Shown: piece after piece, positions 1 to 9,880 of the stretch | Layout of the letters: every line of letters starts with the position of its first letter | Numbering within the stretch: the first letter of the stretch is position 1 | Source: Thermoanaerobaculia bacterium | Lineage (GTDB): Bacteria; Acidobacteriota; Thermoanaerobaculia; Multivoradales; UBA5704 | DNA: 64,000 bases | Assembly: GCA_036503335.1 (NCBI GenBank) | Contig: DASXXC010000164.1 | Coordinates: forward strand, 7,758-71,757 | Reading direction: 5' to 3' | Translations under genes and position numbers: made by a program | Notes under the pieces: model-generated | Told to the model about the DNA's origin: nothing | The model's input: only the letters and a program-made list of their open reading frames with translations | Database searches by the model: none

Positions 1-1
1 G

Positions 2-889
2 GTCTGGTCGGCCGGAGCCCTCTTCCAGATCGCCGCCAGGGAGCCCGGGGAGATCGCCGCCGGCCATTACCGGATGGTCCTCAACGCCCTCTTCGGCGCC
101 GGGATTGCCCTCGCCCGTTTCTCGCACCTCCTGGGCGGCCCGGGCGCCGACAACCCCGTGGCGCGCGAGGTGAGGCGGAGCTGGCGGCCGTTGGAGCGCG
201 AGGGGGCGATCCTGGCCGAGGTCACCTACAACCATTTCGGCCGCAGCGCCAACGCGGGCCTGCGGCCGAGCCTCTATCGCCACGAGATCGAGCTGCCGGG
301 GGAGAAGGCGAGCCCGGGCGCCGAGGTGATCCACCTGCGGGATCTCATCGTGCGTTGGGACACAGGGCAGGGGAGGTTCGTGCTGCGCTGGGCTCCGAGC
401 GGCGTCGAGGTGGTGCCGGTGATCAGCAGCGGAGTGAGCCCGGAGGGTTTCATCTCCTTCCTGGTCGAGATCGGCCGCCAGGGCCTCCAGCCGCTCTCCT
501 GGTTCCCCGGCTTCGACGTCCCCGGGATCGACCGCTGGCCGCGCTTCGTAAGCGACAAGCTCATCCTCTTCCGCCGCCGCTGGACCTTCCAGCCGGGCCA
601 GTTACCGGAGGAAGGAGCCGCCTTCTTCGCCGAGGTGGCCCGCTGGAGAAGGCGGCGAGGCATCCCGAGGCACGTCTTCGTGCACACCGCGGCCGATCCC
701 AAGCCCTTCTACGCCGATCTGGAATCGCCGCTGTTCGTGGACCTGCTGCGCCGGGCCCTGGGAGAGAACGCCACCCTGCACCTCACCGAGATGCTCCCCG
801 GGCCGGAGGAGATGTGGGTGGAGGATGGGCGGGGGCGGTATGCGGCGGAGCTCTTGGTGCAGCTCAGCAAGACCAAGGCAGGGACATAA
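2..889 (+). CDS. LanB-type lantibiotic dehydratase family protein, C-terminal part of the N-terminal (glutamylation) region; the 5' end lies outside the window
   Basis: The frame is open from the window edge (..GHYRMVLNALFGAG..) to TAA 887-889. The tail FRRRWTF...PRHVFVHTAADPKPFYADLESPLFVDLL...LHLTEMLP resembles the end of Lant_dehydr_N domains. The protein stops without an elimination (SpaB_C) domain. Confidence 0.6.
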   Translation, partial: VWSAGALFQIAAREPGEIAAGHYRMVLNALFGAGIALARFSHLLGGPGADNPVAREVRRSWRPLEREGAILAEVTYNHFGRSANAGLRPSLYRHEIELPGEKASPGAEVIHLRDLIVRWDTGQGRFVLRWAPSGVEVVPVISSGVSPEGFISFLVEIGRQGLQPLSWFPGFDVPGIDRWPRFVSDKLILFRRRWTFQPGQLPEEGAAFFAEVARWRRRRGIPRHVFVHTAADPKPFYADLESPLFVDLLRRALGENATLHLTEMLPGPEEMWVEDGRGRYAAELLVQLSKTKAGT

Positions 890-1013
890 GGGACCTCAGG
901 GACAAGCAGGGACGAAAAAAACCGATTCGGCCCTCCTTCAGGCCCCTGCTATCCCTGGAGTCTCTGTTCTGCTGTTCTGCCGCGCAGCCGCTTCGCGCTA
1001 TCTTTCGGCCTAC

Positions 1014-4000
1014 ATGGACAAGTCCCGACCGTTTTACGCGTTCCGCATCCAGGAGCTCGAGCAGGAGCTTCCTCGCTGCCAGGGAGACATCGAAGCCCTC
1101 GGCGTTCTGCTTCACGAGCTCAGCTTCCGCTTCACCAAAAGGGCGTCGACTCTCAAGAAGCAGGTAGAGGCAGCTCTGAGAGCCGCTGAGACCGCCCAGC
1201 GGAAACCGCCTGTCATTGAGCCGGCTCCAGATCGGCCTGCGAAGCCTCAGTCGTCTTGCGGACCGCCGAATTCCCCGGAGGCGATCGTCGACGCCTGGAC
1301 ATCTCTGGAGGTGCTCTCACCCCAGACGTTCCGGCGGCCCGAAGATCTGGCGGGAGGGGAGCGCCTCGCGGTCGCCTCTCTGGAAACGGGGAGGCTTCCC
1401 TGGGAGGGTGCGGGAGAGAAGGCGCGGCCCAACACGCGACTGTTCTATCAGGTGGTGCTAGGGACGGTGGACTTCGGCGCCGCCATCGAGCAGCTCCTCT
1501 CCCAATATACGGACACCCACGTCGAGCGTCCGGCGGCGAAAGGGGAGGCCATCCTGGCCGCGGTGACGATCGATCAGAAAGGCCGGCTGGTGGAGACGCC
1601 GGCCGCGGCTCTCTCCAGCTTCGCTTGGGGTGTTCCCCGTGCTCTTGGAGGAAACCTCAAGTCCCTTGCTGACTGGAGAGACGAGGAAGAGGATCTCACG
1701 GAAGAGCTGGACGAGATCCTTCGCGGCTCCGGGGACGAGGAGGACGAGCAAGAGCCCGTTCTGGATCGGGAAACGATCCTGCGGACTTATGAATGGCTGC
1801 TGAAGCGTCTCGGCCTGCCGCGGGAGCTCACGGCACCGCCGCGCTTCGCCATTCGGGTCTATCCACCGTTCAAGGGATTCGATCCACCCGAGCCACTCCT
1901 GCTCAACAGCTTCTTCCTCCGGGATCTCTCTGCCGCCAGGACCCTGCTCTCGGAGGGTCGGGCCACGGACAACCTGCGTCTCTATATCGGCGAGCGGACG
2001 GCCCCCAGCACCAGAGATCTGCTACGGGATTGGGAGGCTCTGGAAGCGGCCGTCGCTCCGAAGCTCATACCGCCAGCCCGCTGGCCGGGGAGAGGGCGAC
2101 ACCCGCTGGTCCTTCTTCAGCAGACAGCCGTCAATCTGGCGCTTCAGGAGCTCCGGGCCGGAGGAATTCTGGGGATCAACGGGCCCCCGGGGACCGGCAA
2201 GACCACGCTGCTGCGCGATCTGATGGCGGCGGTCATCACCGAGCGCGCCGAGGTCCTGGCTACGTTCGACGACCCCTCGAAGGCCTTCAGCCACTCGGGG
2301 GAGAAGCTGAAGCTTGGGGACTTCTGGTTGCACCTCTACAAGCTTGATCCCCGCCTCAGGGGATTTGAGATGGTCGTGGCTTCGTCCAACAACAAGGCTG
2401 TTGAAAACGTAAGCGGGGAGCTGCCAGCGCTGAAGGCTATCGCGGAGGATGCCGCGGATCTCCGATATTTCAAGACCATCTCGGACGCGATTTTCAAGGA
2501 CAAGGAAGAGACTTGGGGGCTCTGCGCCGCGGTTCTCGGCAATGCCACGAACCGCAGCCGGTTCCGGCAGACGTTCTGGTGGGACAAGGAGTCGGGTCTG
2601 TCGACCTATCTCGCGGAGGCCGCCGGCACGCCGCAGATCATCGAAGAGATCCATCCCGAAACCAAGGTCAAGACGACCCGGCCGCCGCGCATCGTCACCC
2701 AGGAGAAGCCTCCCAGAAATCAGGAAGAGGCATTGCGCCGCTGGCGCCGGTCTCGCACCACCTTTCTTGCAGCCTTCGACGAGAGCCGCAAGATGCTGGT
2801 GGCTGTCGAAAAGATCCGGGAGCTCGCGGCGGCCCTGCCGCGCCTCGCCCGTGAGGAAGCCGAGGCGCAGGTTGCGTCGTCGTTGGCACGTGAGGCTCTG
2901 GACCGCTGTCAGGCCGCCGAGGAGAGGGCCCGGTCACTGCACGCCGAGGCGCAGGGCTATTGGAGCAGCGCCGAGGCGCGGCTGGCGGAGCACGACCGCC
3001 GTCGGCCTGGCTGGCTCGCCCGCCTCTTCCGGACGCGGAGCGCCCGGGAGTGGCAGGCGGCCAGGGCGCCACTGGCTGCAGGTTATGAGCAGGCTCAGAC
3101 GGCGTTCTCCCGGTCGGGACAAGAGCTGGCCCAAGCGGAGAAGGCTCACCAAGAATCGGCCTCCCGCAGCCGGTCCGCCGAGAGTCTCTGGATCGCAGCA
3201 GCGGACCGTTATCGAGAAGCTCGACACGAGGTGCAGACATGGCGCGATAGGCTCGGTGACCGATTCATTGATGATGACTTCTGGGAGAGGGAGCATGCGG
3301 ACAAACAGAAGACTCCGCCCTGGCTGAATGCCGGACAGCAACGCCTGCGCGACGACGTCTTCATGGCCGCCATGGCCCTCCACCGGGCCTTCATCGATGC
3401 CGCCGCGAAGCCCTTGCGCCACAACCTGGGAGCCTTGATGAATCTCTTTGGCGGACGGAGCTCGCCAACCGCCGAGAAGAAGGCGCTGATTCCGGACCTC
3501 TGGTCCTCCCTGTTCCTCGTTGTTCCACTGATCTCGACCACCTTCGCTTCCGTAGAGAGGATGCTCCGCGATCTTCCTCCCGAGAGCCTGGGATGGCTTT
3601 TCGTGGACGAGGCCGGACAGGCTCTACCTCAAGCGGCGGCCGGAGCGATCTTCCGGACGCGCCGTGCCGTCGTGGTGGGCGATCCAGCTCAGATCGAGCC
3701 GGTCGTGACCCTTCCCGACCGGTTGACTCAGGCGATCTGCCGGCACTTCGGGGTCGATCCGGATCGTTTCAATGCACCCGAAGCCTCGGTTCAGTCGCTC
3801 GCCGATACCGCGAGCCCATTTCTGACCGAGCTCGAAAGCCGGCAAGGAAGCCGGAGGATCGGCGCGCCGCTCCTAGTGCACCGCCGGTGCAGCGAGCCCA
3901 TGTTCGGCATTTCGAACGCAGTCGCCTACGAGCATCTGATGGTGCAGGGAAAGGCGGAGAAGCGTTCCCCTATTGGCGAGCTCCTTGGGCAGTCCCGATG

Positions 4001-4484
4001 GATCGACGTACAGGGGAGCGCGGAAGAGAAGTGGTGTCCGCAAGAAGGACAGGCCGTTCTCAAGCTCCTTCGGACGCTGGCCTACCCAGAGCTCCCGCCG
4101 ACGCTCGATGAGCAGGAGCGGGCAAAGTGGCCGGACTTTTACATCATCACACCGTTCGTCGTGGTAGCTGACCGTCTGCGGAAGCTGGTGGAGGAGAGGG
4201 CTCTCCTGGTCTGGACGGAAAACCATCGGCAGTGGGTTTACGAGCGGATCGGAACGGTTCACACCTTCCAGGGGAAGGAAGCGGAAGCAGTGATTCTGGT
4301 CCTGGGGGCTCCCGCACCCGGCCAGACAGGAGCACGTGGATGGGCCGGTGGGCGTCCGAACCTGCTCAACGTGGCCGTGTCGCGAGCCAAGGAGCGGCTC
4401 TACGTGGTCGGCAACCGTAATCTCTGGCGGCAGGCGGGTCTCTTCCGCGAGCTTGACGAGAGACTCCCTCCCTCAGGCAAGTAG
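1014..4484 (+). CDS. Large superfamily-1 helicase (Upf1/DNA2-like, AAA_11/AAA_12 type) with an uncharacterised ~390-aa N-terminal region and a long Ala/Arg/Glu-rich insertion
   Basis: Taken from ORF 825-4484. The start is placed at ATG 1014 (MDKSRPFY) because earlier codons overlap the LanB gene end. Motifs present: Walker A GPPGTGKT at 2181-2204, FVDEAGQA near 3600, VVVGDPAQIEP, TVHTFQGKEAEAVILVLG and NVAVSRAKERLYVVGN. Confidence 0.8.
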   Translation: MDKSRPFYAFRIQELEQELPRCQGDIEALGVLLHELSFRFTKRASTLKKQVEAALRAAETAQRKPPVIEPAPDRPAKPQSSCGPPNSPEAIVDAWTSLEVLSPQTFRRPEDLAGGERLAVASLETGRLPWEGAGEKARPNTRLFYQVVLGTVDFGAAIEQLLSQYTDTHVERPAAKGEAILAAVTIDQKGRLVETPAAALSSFAWGVPRALGGNLKSLADWRDEEEDLTEELDEILRGSGDEEDEQEPVLDRETILRTYEWLLKRLGLPRELTAPPRFAIRVYPPFKGFDPPEPLLLNSFFLRDLSAARTLLSEGRATDNLRLYIGERTAPSTRDLLRDWEALEAAVAPKLIPPARWPGRGRHPLVLLQQTAVNLALQELRAGGILGINGPPGTGKTTLLRDLMAAVITERAEVLATFDDPSKAFSHSGEKLKLGDFWLHLYKLDPRLRGFEMVVASSNNKAVENVSGELPALKAIAEDAADLRYFKTISDAIFKDKEETWGLCAAVLGNATNRSRFRQTFWWDKESGLSTYLAEAAGTPQIIEEIHPETKVKTTRPPRIVTQEKPPRNQEEALRRWRRSRTTFLAAFDESRKMLVAVEKIRELAAALPRLAREEAEAQVASSLAREALDRCQAAEERARSLHAEAQGYWSSAEARLAEHDRRRPGWLARLFRTRSAREWQAARAPLAAGYEQAQTAFSRSGQELAQAEKAHQESASRSRSAESLWIAAADRYREARHEVQTWRDRLGDRFIDDDFWEREHADKQKTPPWLNAGQQRLRDDVFMAAMALHRAFIDAAAKPLRHNLGALMNLFGGRSSPTAEKKALIPDLWSSLFLVVPLISTTFASVERMLRDLPPESLGWLFVDEAGQALPQAAAGAIFRTRRAVVVGDPAQIEPVVTLPDRLTQAICRHFGVDPDRFNAPEASVQSLADTASPFLTELESRQGSRRIGAPLLVHRRCSEPMFGISNAVAYEHLMVQGKAEKRSPIGELLGQSRWIDVQGSAEEKWCPQEGQAVLKLLRTLAYPELPPTLDEQERAKWPDFYIITPFVVVADRLRKLVEERALLVWTENHRQWVYERIGTVHTFQGKEAEAVILVLGAPAPGQTGARGWAGGRPNLLNVAVSRAKERLYVVGNRNLWRQAGLFRELDERLPPSGK

Positions 4485-4585
4485 CGCGATTGCGATTGAG
4501 AGCTGCGGAGAGCTTATTCGTGAATCTCGCTCAGCGGCGGCCGCTCCGGTGGAGGTAGCTTCGGCGGCAGAAGGCTCATTGTGGC

Positions 4586-5368
4586 TCAATCCGGGAGAAC
4601 CGCGACAATCTCATCCGAAGTCGCGGCGACCGCCGCCTGCCGGAGGGCGGACCTCAGCATCTCCGGATCGTGAGCACGACCAAGAGCGGTGCGGAGCTCG
4701 TCGTCAACCGCGAGGCCCCGGGCAGCCAGAACTTCGAGGATGGCGTCGCGGAGGCTCTGCACTCCTCCTTCGGCGCGGACCTCTTCCAGGCTGGCGTACC
4801 CCTCGCGCTGGAGGAGATTGCGGAAGATGGTCTGGCGGGCTACTTCGCGATCATAGAGAGCCTCCACGGGGACCGGGTTGGCGAGGATTCCGGGCGCCGT
4901 GAGCTGCTCTCCGGGATTGGCGATGTGGACCCCCTGGTCCGGCTGGTGGATCTCCACCCGCCGGGGGCCGGTCAGCCGTACAACCCATACGTAGCGGGTG
5001 CCAGCGTTGAAGAGCTCATCGATCTTGATCCGCAGGTCCGCTTCGTCCTGACCCGTGTCGGCATATTCGACCGCCAGGGGTGGAGCGCCCTGGACCCACC
5101 CCGGCTGGTCGGGGATCTCGCCGACCGAGACGTCCGGGGCCCGGAGGATCTCCGGAGAGGGGGAGAAACCTACGTCGACGCCGACGTCCTGAGCCGCCGG
5201 ATCGCTGGCGAGCACTCCGCCCCCGAGATTCGCCGCCCGCCCTCCCCGGCCCCCCGTGGGTAGGCAATGTACGGGGTGGCCGTTGGACAGCTCGTACGGA
5301 TCGCCGGAGCGGAGATGGTCGGCTCGGAACGGCCCGCGAGATCCAGGTTGCAAGGAGCTTTTCGCCAT
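4586..5368 (-). CDS. Uma2 family (DUF820) putative endonuclease
   Basis: Start is ATG at 5368 (MAKSSLQPG). The sequence GDPYELSNG...PDVSV...PPLAVEYADTGQDEADLRIKIDELFNAGTRYVWVV is typical of Uma2. The upstream part of ORF 4586-5548 overlaps the emrB end and was trimmed. Confidence 0.8.
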   Translation of the reverse strand: MAKSSLQPGSRGPFRADHLRSGDPYELSNGHPVHCLPTGGRGGRAANLGGGVLASDPAAQDVGVDVGFSPSPEILRAPDVSVGEIPDQPGWVQGAPPLAVEYADTGQDEADLRIKIDELFNAGTRYVWVVRLTGPRRVEIHQPDQGVHIANPGEQLTAPGILANPVPVEALYDREVARQTIFRNLLQREGYASLEEVRAEGGVQSLRDAILEVLAARGLAVDDELRTALGRAHDPEMLRSALRQAAVAATSDEIVAVLPD

Positions 5369-5390
5369 AAGAGAAGAATAGCACCCCTCC

Positions 5391-6941
5391 TCAGTGCATC
5401 GACACCGGTCCCGCCGACCGCCCGGCCCGCCGCTTGAAAAGCAGCAGCATGGGGATGCAGACCAGGAAGAAGACGCCGACCACCCGGAAGGCGTCCATGT
5501 AGGTGAGCAGGTAGGTCTGGCGGAGGACCGCCCCCTCGATGGCCCCATAGGCCTGCTGCTGCGCCTGGAAGAAGCTCGAGCCCTTCGCCATCAGACCGCC
5601 GGTGATCGCCTGCAGCCGCTCCTGCAGCGCCGGATCGTAGATCGACAGGTGCGAGAGCAGGTTCGTCCGGTGGGTCCAGGAGCGGTACTGGATGAACGTG
5701 GTCACCAGGGCGATGCCGAAGGAGCCGCCGAGCTGGCGCATCATGTTGGTGAGCCCGGCCCCCTGGGCGATGTCCTTGCCGCGCAGGTTGGAGAGGGCCA
5801 TCGTGGTCAGCGGCACGAACAGCAGCCCCAGGCCCACGCCGCGCCAGACGAGCGGCCAGAAGAAATCCTGGCGCCCCGACTCCAGGGTCGAGTGGCTGAG
5901 CATGAAGGTGAAGAGGAAGAAGCAGATGAACCCGAGAGCGTTCATGAGCTGCGGCGGCACCCCCTTCTGGAGCATCTTGCCGACGAAGGGCATCATGAAG
6001 GCCGTGGCGAGCGAGCCCGGCAGCAGGATCAGGCCCGTCTGCATGGCCGTGAAGCCGAGCAGGTTCTGGGCGAACACCGGGAAGATGAACACCGAGGCGT
6101 AGAGGCCGAATCCCAGGATGAAGGTGAAGAAGGTTCCCACCGCCAGCGACCGGTCCTTGAGGACGTGCAGGTCCACTACCGGGTTGGAGGAAGCGAGCTC
6201 CCGCCAGACGAAGAGGGCGAGGCCGGCGACCGCCACGAAGGCGAGGATCGTGATGTAGCGGGTCGAGAACCAGTCCTCGGCCTCCCCGCGTTCGAGCACG
6301 ATCTGCAGCGAGCCGATGCCGGTGATCAGCAGCAGGATCCCCCACCAGTCGATCTTGCTGATCTTGCGCGTCTCCTTGGGATCGGGGAGGAAGGCGAGGG
6401 CCATCAGGACCGCCACGATGCCGATCGGCAGGTTGACGTAGAAGATCCACCGCCAGGAGTAGCTGTCGGTGATCCAGCCGCCGAGGGTCGGGCCGACGGT
6501 GGGGCCGACCACCACACCAAGGCCGAAGAGGCCGTTGGCGAGCCCGAGCTCCTCGGGGGGGAAGGTCTCGACCAGGATCGCCTGCGAGGTGGAGAGCATG
6601 GCGCCGCCCCCCGCTCCCTGGATGAAGCGGAAGATGACCAGCTCCCAGAGGGTGCCGGCGTGGCCGCAGAAGAACGAGGCCACGGTGAACAGGATGAGCG
6701 ATCCGACGAAGTAGTTGCGGCGGCCGAGCACCGCCGCGAACCAGCCGGTCATCGGGATCACGATCACGTTGGCGACCACGTAGCCGGTCACCACCCAGGC
6801 GATCTCGTCGAGCGTCGCCCCCAGGTTCCCCATCATCTGGGGGAGGGCGACGTTGACGATCGAGGTGTCGATCAGCTCGATCACCGAGGCCAGGATCACC
6901 GTGATCGTGATCAGCCACTTATTGGCGCCGCGTTCGGACAT
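5391..6941 (-). CDS. emrB: DHA2-family MFS multidrug efflux transporter (EmrB/QacA type)
   Basis: 516 aa with a 14-TMS-like hydrophobic profile. The N-terminus WLITITVILASVIELIDTSIVNVALPQMMGNLGA is typical of EmrB. It lies downstream of HlyD-family and TolC-family genes. Confidence 0.9.
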   Translation of the reverse strand: MSERGANKWLITITVILASVIELIDTSIVNVALPQMMGNLGATLDEIAWVVTGYVVANVIVIPMTGWFAAVLGRRNYFVGSLILFTVASFFCGHAGTLWELVIFRFIQGAGGGAMLSTSQAILVETFPPEELGLANGLFGLGVVVGPTVGPTLGGWITDSYSWRWIFYVNLPIGIVAVLMALAFLPDPKETRKISKIDWWGILLLITGIGSLQIVLERGEAEDWFSTRYITILAFVAVAGLALFVWRELASSNPVVDLHVLKDRSLAVGTFFTFILGFGLYASVFIFPVFAQNLLGFTAMQTGLILLPGSLATAFMMPFVGKMLQKGVPPQLMNALGFICFFLFTFMLSHSTLESGRQDFFWPLVWRGVGLGLLFVPLTTMALSNLRGKDIAQGAGLTNMMRQLGGSFGIALVTTFIQYRSWTHRTNLLSHLSIYDPALQERLQAITGGLMAKGSSFFQAQQQAYGAIEGAVLRQTYLLTYMDAFRVVGVFFLVCIPMLLLFKRRAGRSAGPVSMH

Positions 6942-6957
6942 GAGCCTGCGCCTCTCC

Positions 6958-8109
6958 TCAGCCGAGGTTCACGGTCACGTTGACGTTCATGCCCACGCGC
7001 AGCGGCCGCTTGGGATCCGGCGGATCGGTGAACACGATCTTCACCGGCACGCGCTGGACGACCTTGGTGAAGTTGCCGGTCGCGTTGTCCGGCGGCAGCA
7101 GGGAGAAGCGGGCGCCGGTGGCCGCGGCCAGCGACTCGACCCGGCCGTGGAAGGTCACGCCGGGATAGGCATCCACCTCGATCTCGGCGGTCTGCCCGGG
7201 GCGCATCTTGGCGAGCTGGGTCTCCTTGAAGTTGGCGCTCACCCAGACATCGTTCGGGTTGTTCCCCTGCTGCACGATGGCCATCAGCGGCTGGCCGGCC
7301 TGGACGAACTGGCCCACCTCGACGTTCTTCTTGGAGACGAAGCCCGCCACCGGCGCCTTGATCACCGCGTAGGAGAGCTGCAGCCGGGCGGCTTCGAGAG
7401 CCGCCTGGTGCTGGGCCACCTGGGCCTGCGCCGCGGCGACCTGCCGCGTGGCGGCCTCGATCTGCGACGAGGAGGCCTGGGCGGTCGCCCGCTGGGACTC
7501 GGTGGTGGCGCGGGCGGCGTCCGCGTTGGCACGCGCCGCCTCGGCCGCGGTCACGGCCGCGTCGTACTGCTGCTGCGAGATCTCCTCCTTGGAGAGGAGC
7601 TGCTTGTAGCGGGCGACGTCGGCCGCCGCCTGCTGGGCCCGGCTGCGCGCCGCGGTCACGTCCGCCTGGTTGCTGGAGACCTTGGCCCGCGCGCCCACTG
7701 CGGTGGAGCGGGCGGAGGCCACGGAAGCCTCGGCCACCGACACGGCGGCCTGAGCGTTGAGGAGCGAGGCCTGCTCCTGGTCCACCTTGGCCTGGAGGTC
7801 GGCGGTGTCGATCCTGACCAGGACGTCCCCTGGCTTGACCGGCTGGTTGTCGCTCACCAGCACCTCCTGCACATAGCCGGAGACGCGGGGGAGGACGGGG
7901 TTGATGTTGCCGTCGAGCTGCGCGTCGTCGGTGGTGGCGTGGTGCTGATAGAAGACGACGGTCCGGAAGCCCCAGACGGCTCCCACCAGGACCAGGATGC
8001 CCAGGATGGAGAGGATCACGATCTTCCGCGCCCCCCTCCGCTTCGAGGCCGGCGCGGCTACGGGCTCCGCCGCCGGCTCAGTCTTTTCAACTCTCAATGG
8101 GCTGCTCAT
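6958..8109 (-). CDS. emrA: HlyD-family membrane fusion protein (EmrA type)
   Basis: It has an N-terminal TM anchor, a long Ala/Gln coiled-coil hairpin and a C-terminal beta-barrel (VPVKIVFTDPPD). It sits 16 nt upstream of emrB. Confidence 0.9.
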   Translation of the reverse strand: MSSPLRVEKTEPAAEPVAAPASKRRGARKIVILSILGILVLVGAVWGFRTVVFYQHHATTDDAQLDGNINPVLPRVSGYVQEVLVSDNQPVKPGDVLVRIDTADLQAKVDQEQASLLNAQAAVSVAEASVASARSTAVGARAKVSSNQADVTAARSRAQQAAADVARYKQLLSKEEISQQQYDAAVTAAEAARANADAARATTESQRATAQASSSQIEAATRQVAAAQAQVAQHQAALEAARLQLSYAVIKAPVAGFVSKKNVEVGQFVQAGQPLMAIVQQGNNPNDVWVSANFKETQLAKMRPGQTAEIEVDAYPGVTFHGRVESLAAATGARFSLLPPDNATGNFTKVVQRVPVKIVFTDPPDPKRPLRVGMNVNVTVNLG

Positions 8110-8125
8110 ATCGTTACCCTCCGTC

Positions 8126-9529
8126 CTACTTCTGGGTGCTTGGCTGAGAATTGGGATTGGATGTTGGAGCGGCCTGATTGCTGCCGGCCGCGCCCCCCGG
8201 AATCAGATTGCGGATCTCGCCGGTCGCCCGCGCCAGCTCGAAGCGCGCCTGGGCCTCGTCGGCCATCGCGTCGATGCGCGTGTCGCGCGCCGCGGCGAGG
8301 GCGGTCTGGGCGTTGTCCACCTCGATCGAGGAGGCCACCCCCGCCTTGAACCGGTCGCTGGCCAGCTCGAGCTCGTCCTGGGCCAGCTGCAGGTTCTGAT
8401 TCGCCAGGTCGACCCGGCTGCGGGCATTCTCATAGACGAGGAGCGCCTGGCGCACCTCCTGCTCGACCTGCCGCTGGGTGTCGTTCTGCTGGATCAGGAG
8501 CTGGTCGCGCTGGGCCTGGGCCGCGGCGACGCGGGCCTCGATCCGCCGGCCGGTGAACAGCGGCACGTTGACCACCGCCGCCACCGTGCGGCTCCACTCG
8601 ACGTCGCGCAGCCGGTTGCCGCTCTCGGTCCCCAGGGCCTGCGCGCCCACGGTGGGCAGCCGCTCGGCCCGGGCCGCCTCGATATTGAGGTTGGCCAGGC
8701 GGAGCCGCTCGTTCAGCACGCTCAGCTCGGGGCGCTGGCGGCGGGCCGCGTCGAGCGCCGCCGCCAGGGCGGGGGGCGCGGAGATCACCCGCGTCCAGTC
8801 GTCCGTTAGCGCCAGACCGGCGTCGAAATCCGCGCCGATGGCCCGCAGCAGGGCGAGCCGGGCGAGGTCGCGCTGGTTGGTCGCCACCAGTAGCGCCTGC
8901 TGCTGGCGGGAGAGCTGGACGTCGGCCCGCGTGGTGTCGAGGCGGGTGCCGATCCCCGCGTTCTTCTGGTCGAGCGCGAGTTGCCGCAAGCGGGTGAACA
9001 GATCGACGTTGGCGCGGATCTCATCGATCCGCGCCGAGCTCCGCCCGTAGGAGACGTAGAGCGAGGAGACCGCGGCGGCCACCTCGTTCTCCAGCCGGCG
9101 CTGGTCCTCCTGCGACACCTTGACCCCCGCCCGCGCCGCCTCGTACCGCCGCCGGGCGGCGAAGTCGATGACGTTCATGGCGAACGAGATGTGAGCGTCG
9201 ACCACGTTGAACGGCGGGGTCACGTTCGGCTGCCCGGGGACGGTGAAGCCGAAGGTGGCCAGGTTGATCGTTTCGTTGGCGAGCTGCCCGCCGGCGCTGA
9301 GCTGCGGTTGCAGGGCCGAACGGGCCTCCTGCGCCCGGGCCTCGGCCTCGCGGGTGCTCGTGGTGGCGATGCGGACGGCGGTGCCGGCGTCGAGCGCGCG
9401 GCTGATCGCGTCCGTCAGGGAAAGGCGGATCGTCCCCGGCCCGCCGGCGGGAGCGGTCCCCTGGGCATAAGCCGGGAGAGCCACCGCCGGAGCGAGCACC
9501 AGGAGCGCCGCCAGGATGGTTTTCTTCAT
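8126..9529 (-). CDS. TolC-family outer-membrane efflux protein
   Basis: Start re-placed at ATG 9529 (MKKTILAALLVLAPAVALPAYAQ signal peptide). The duplicated OEP-type coiled-coil repeats are typical of TolC. Confidence 0.85.
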   Translation of the reverse strand: MKKTILAALLVLAPAVALPAYAQGTAPAGGPGTIRLSLTDAISRALDAGTAVRIATTSTREAEARAQEARSALQPQLSAGGQLANETINLATFGFTVPGQPNVTPPFNVVDAHISFAMNVIDFAARRRYEAARAGVKVSQEDQRRLENEVAAAVSSLYVSYGRSSARIDEIRANVDLFTRLRQLALDQKNAGIGTRLDTTRADVQLSRQQQALLVATNQRDLARLALLRAIGADFDAGLALTDDWTRVISAPPALAAALDAARRQRPELSVLNERLRLANLNIEAARAERLPTVGAQALGTESGNRLRDVEWSRTVAAVVNVPLFTGRRIEARVAAAQAQRDQLLIQQNDTQRQVEQEVRQALLVYENARSRVDLANQNLQLAQDELELASDRFKAGVASSIEVDNAQTALAAARDTRIDAMADEAQARFELARATGEIRNLIPGGAAGSNQAAPTSNPNSQPSTQK

Positions 9530-9816
9530 GAAGTCTTCCTCTCCTCCTCGCACCCCTCGCACCGGATCCACGAGAGGACGTACGCGGGACAATGGGTCAG
9601 AGCGACCTTGGAGCCGTCCCCGTGGGCCAGGAATCTCACGAATTCCCGGTCGGCGAGGACGAGCCCCTCGAGGTCGAGCGTAACCTGGCGTCCGCGGGCG
9701 CGCTCGGCCGCCAGGAGCTGCGTCAGCTCCGGCAGGTGCTCCTGCGTCGCCCGCCCGGCCAGGGCATAGGTAACGGTTGAAGGCTCGTCGGTTCGGGTTT
9801 CGATTCGGAACATCAT
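9526..9816 (-). CDS. Small hypothetical protein (about 96 aa), first gene of the efflux operon
   Basis: ATGATG at 9816/9813 is preceded by GGGAG. Its stop overlaps the TolC start (ATGA at 9526-9529). The family is not recognised with confidence; it may be STAS-like. Confidence 0.4.
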   Translation of the reverse strand: MMFRIETRTDEPSTVTYALAGRATQEHLPELTQLLAAERARGRQVTLDLEGLVLADREFVRFLAHGDGSKVALTHCPAYVLSWIRCEGCEEERKTS

Positions 9817-9880
9817 CTCGGCTCCCGCCGGGAAGTAGTACACGACCCGTGCCAGAAGGCCGGTCTATAAAAATCAATAA

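Noticed and set aside
5170-6983. Two long ORFs (5170-6918 minus, 5394-6983 plus) overlapping emrB
   Set aside because: They are alternative frames of a clear 14-TMS MFS transporter gene, with charged low-complexity translations.
9841-9856. Sigma54-like -24 element (TGGCAC on the minus strand, 9854-9849) upstream of the efflux operon
   Set aside because: The -12 position reads GT instead of the near-invariant GC. The site also overlaps the possible GTG start at 9843. It is not convincing as a sigma54 promoter.
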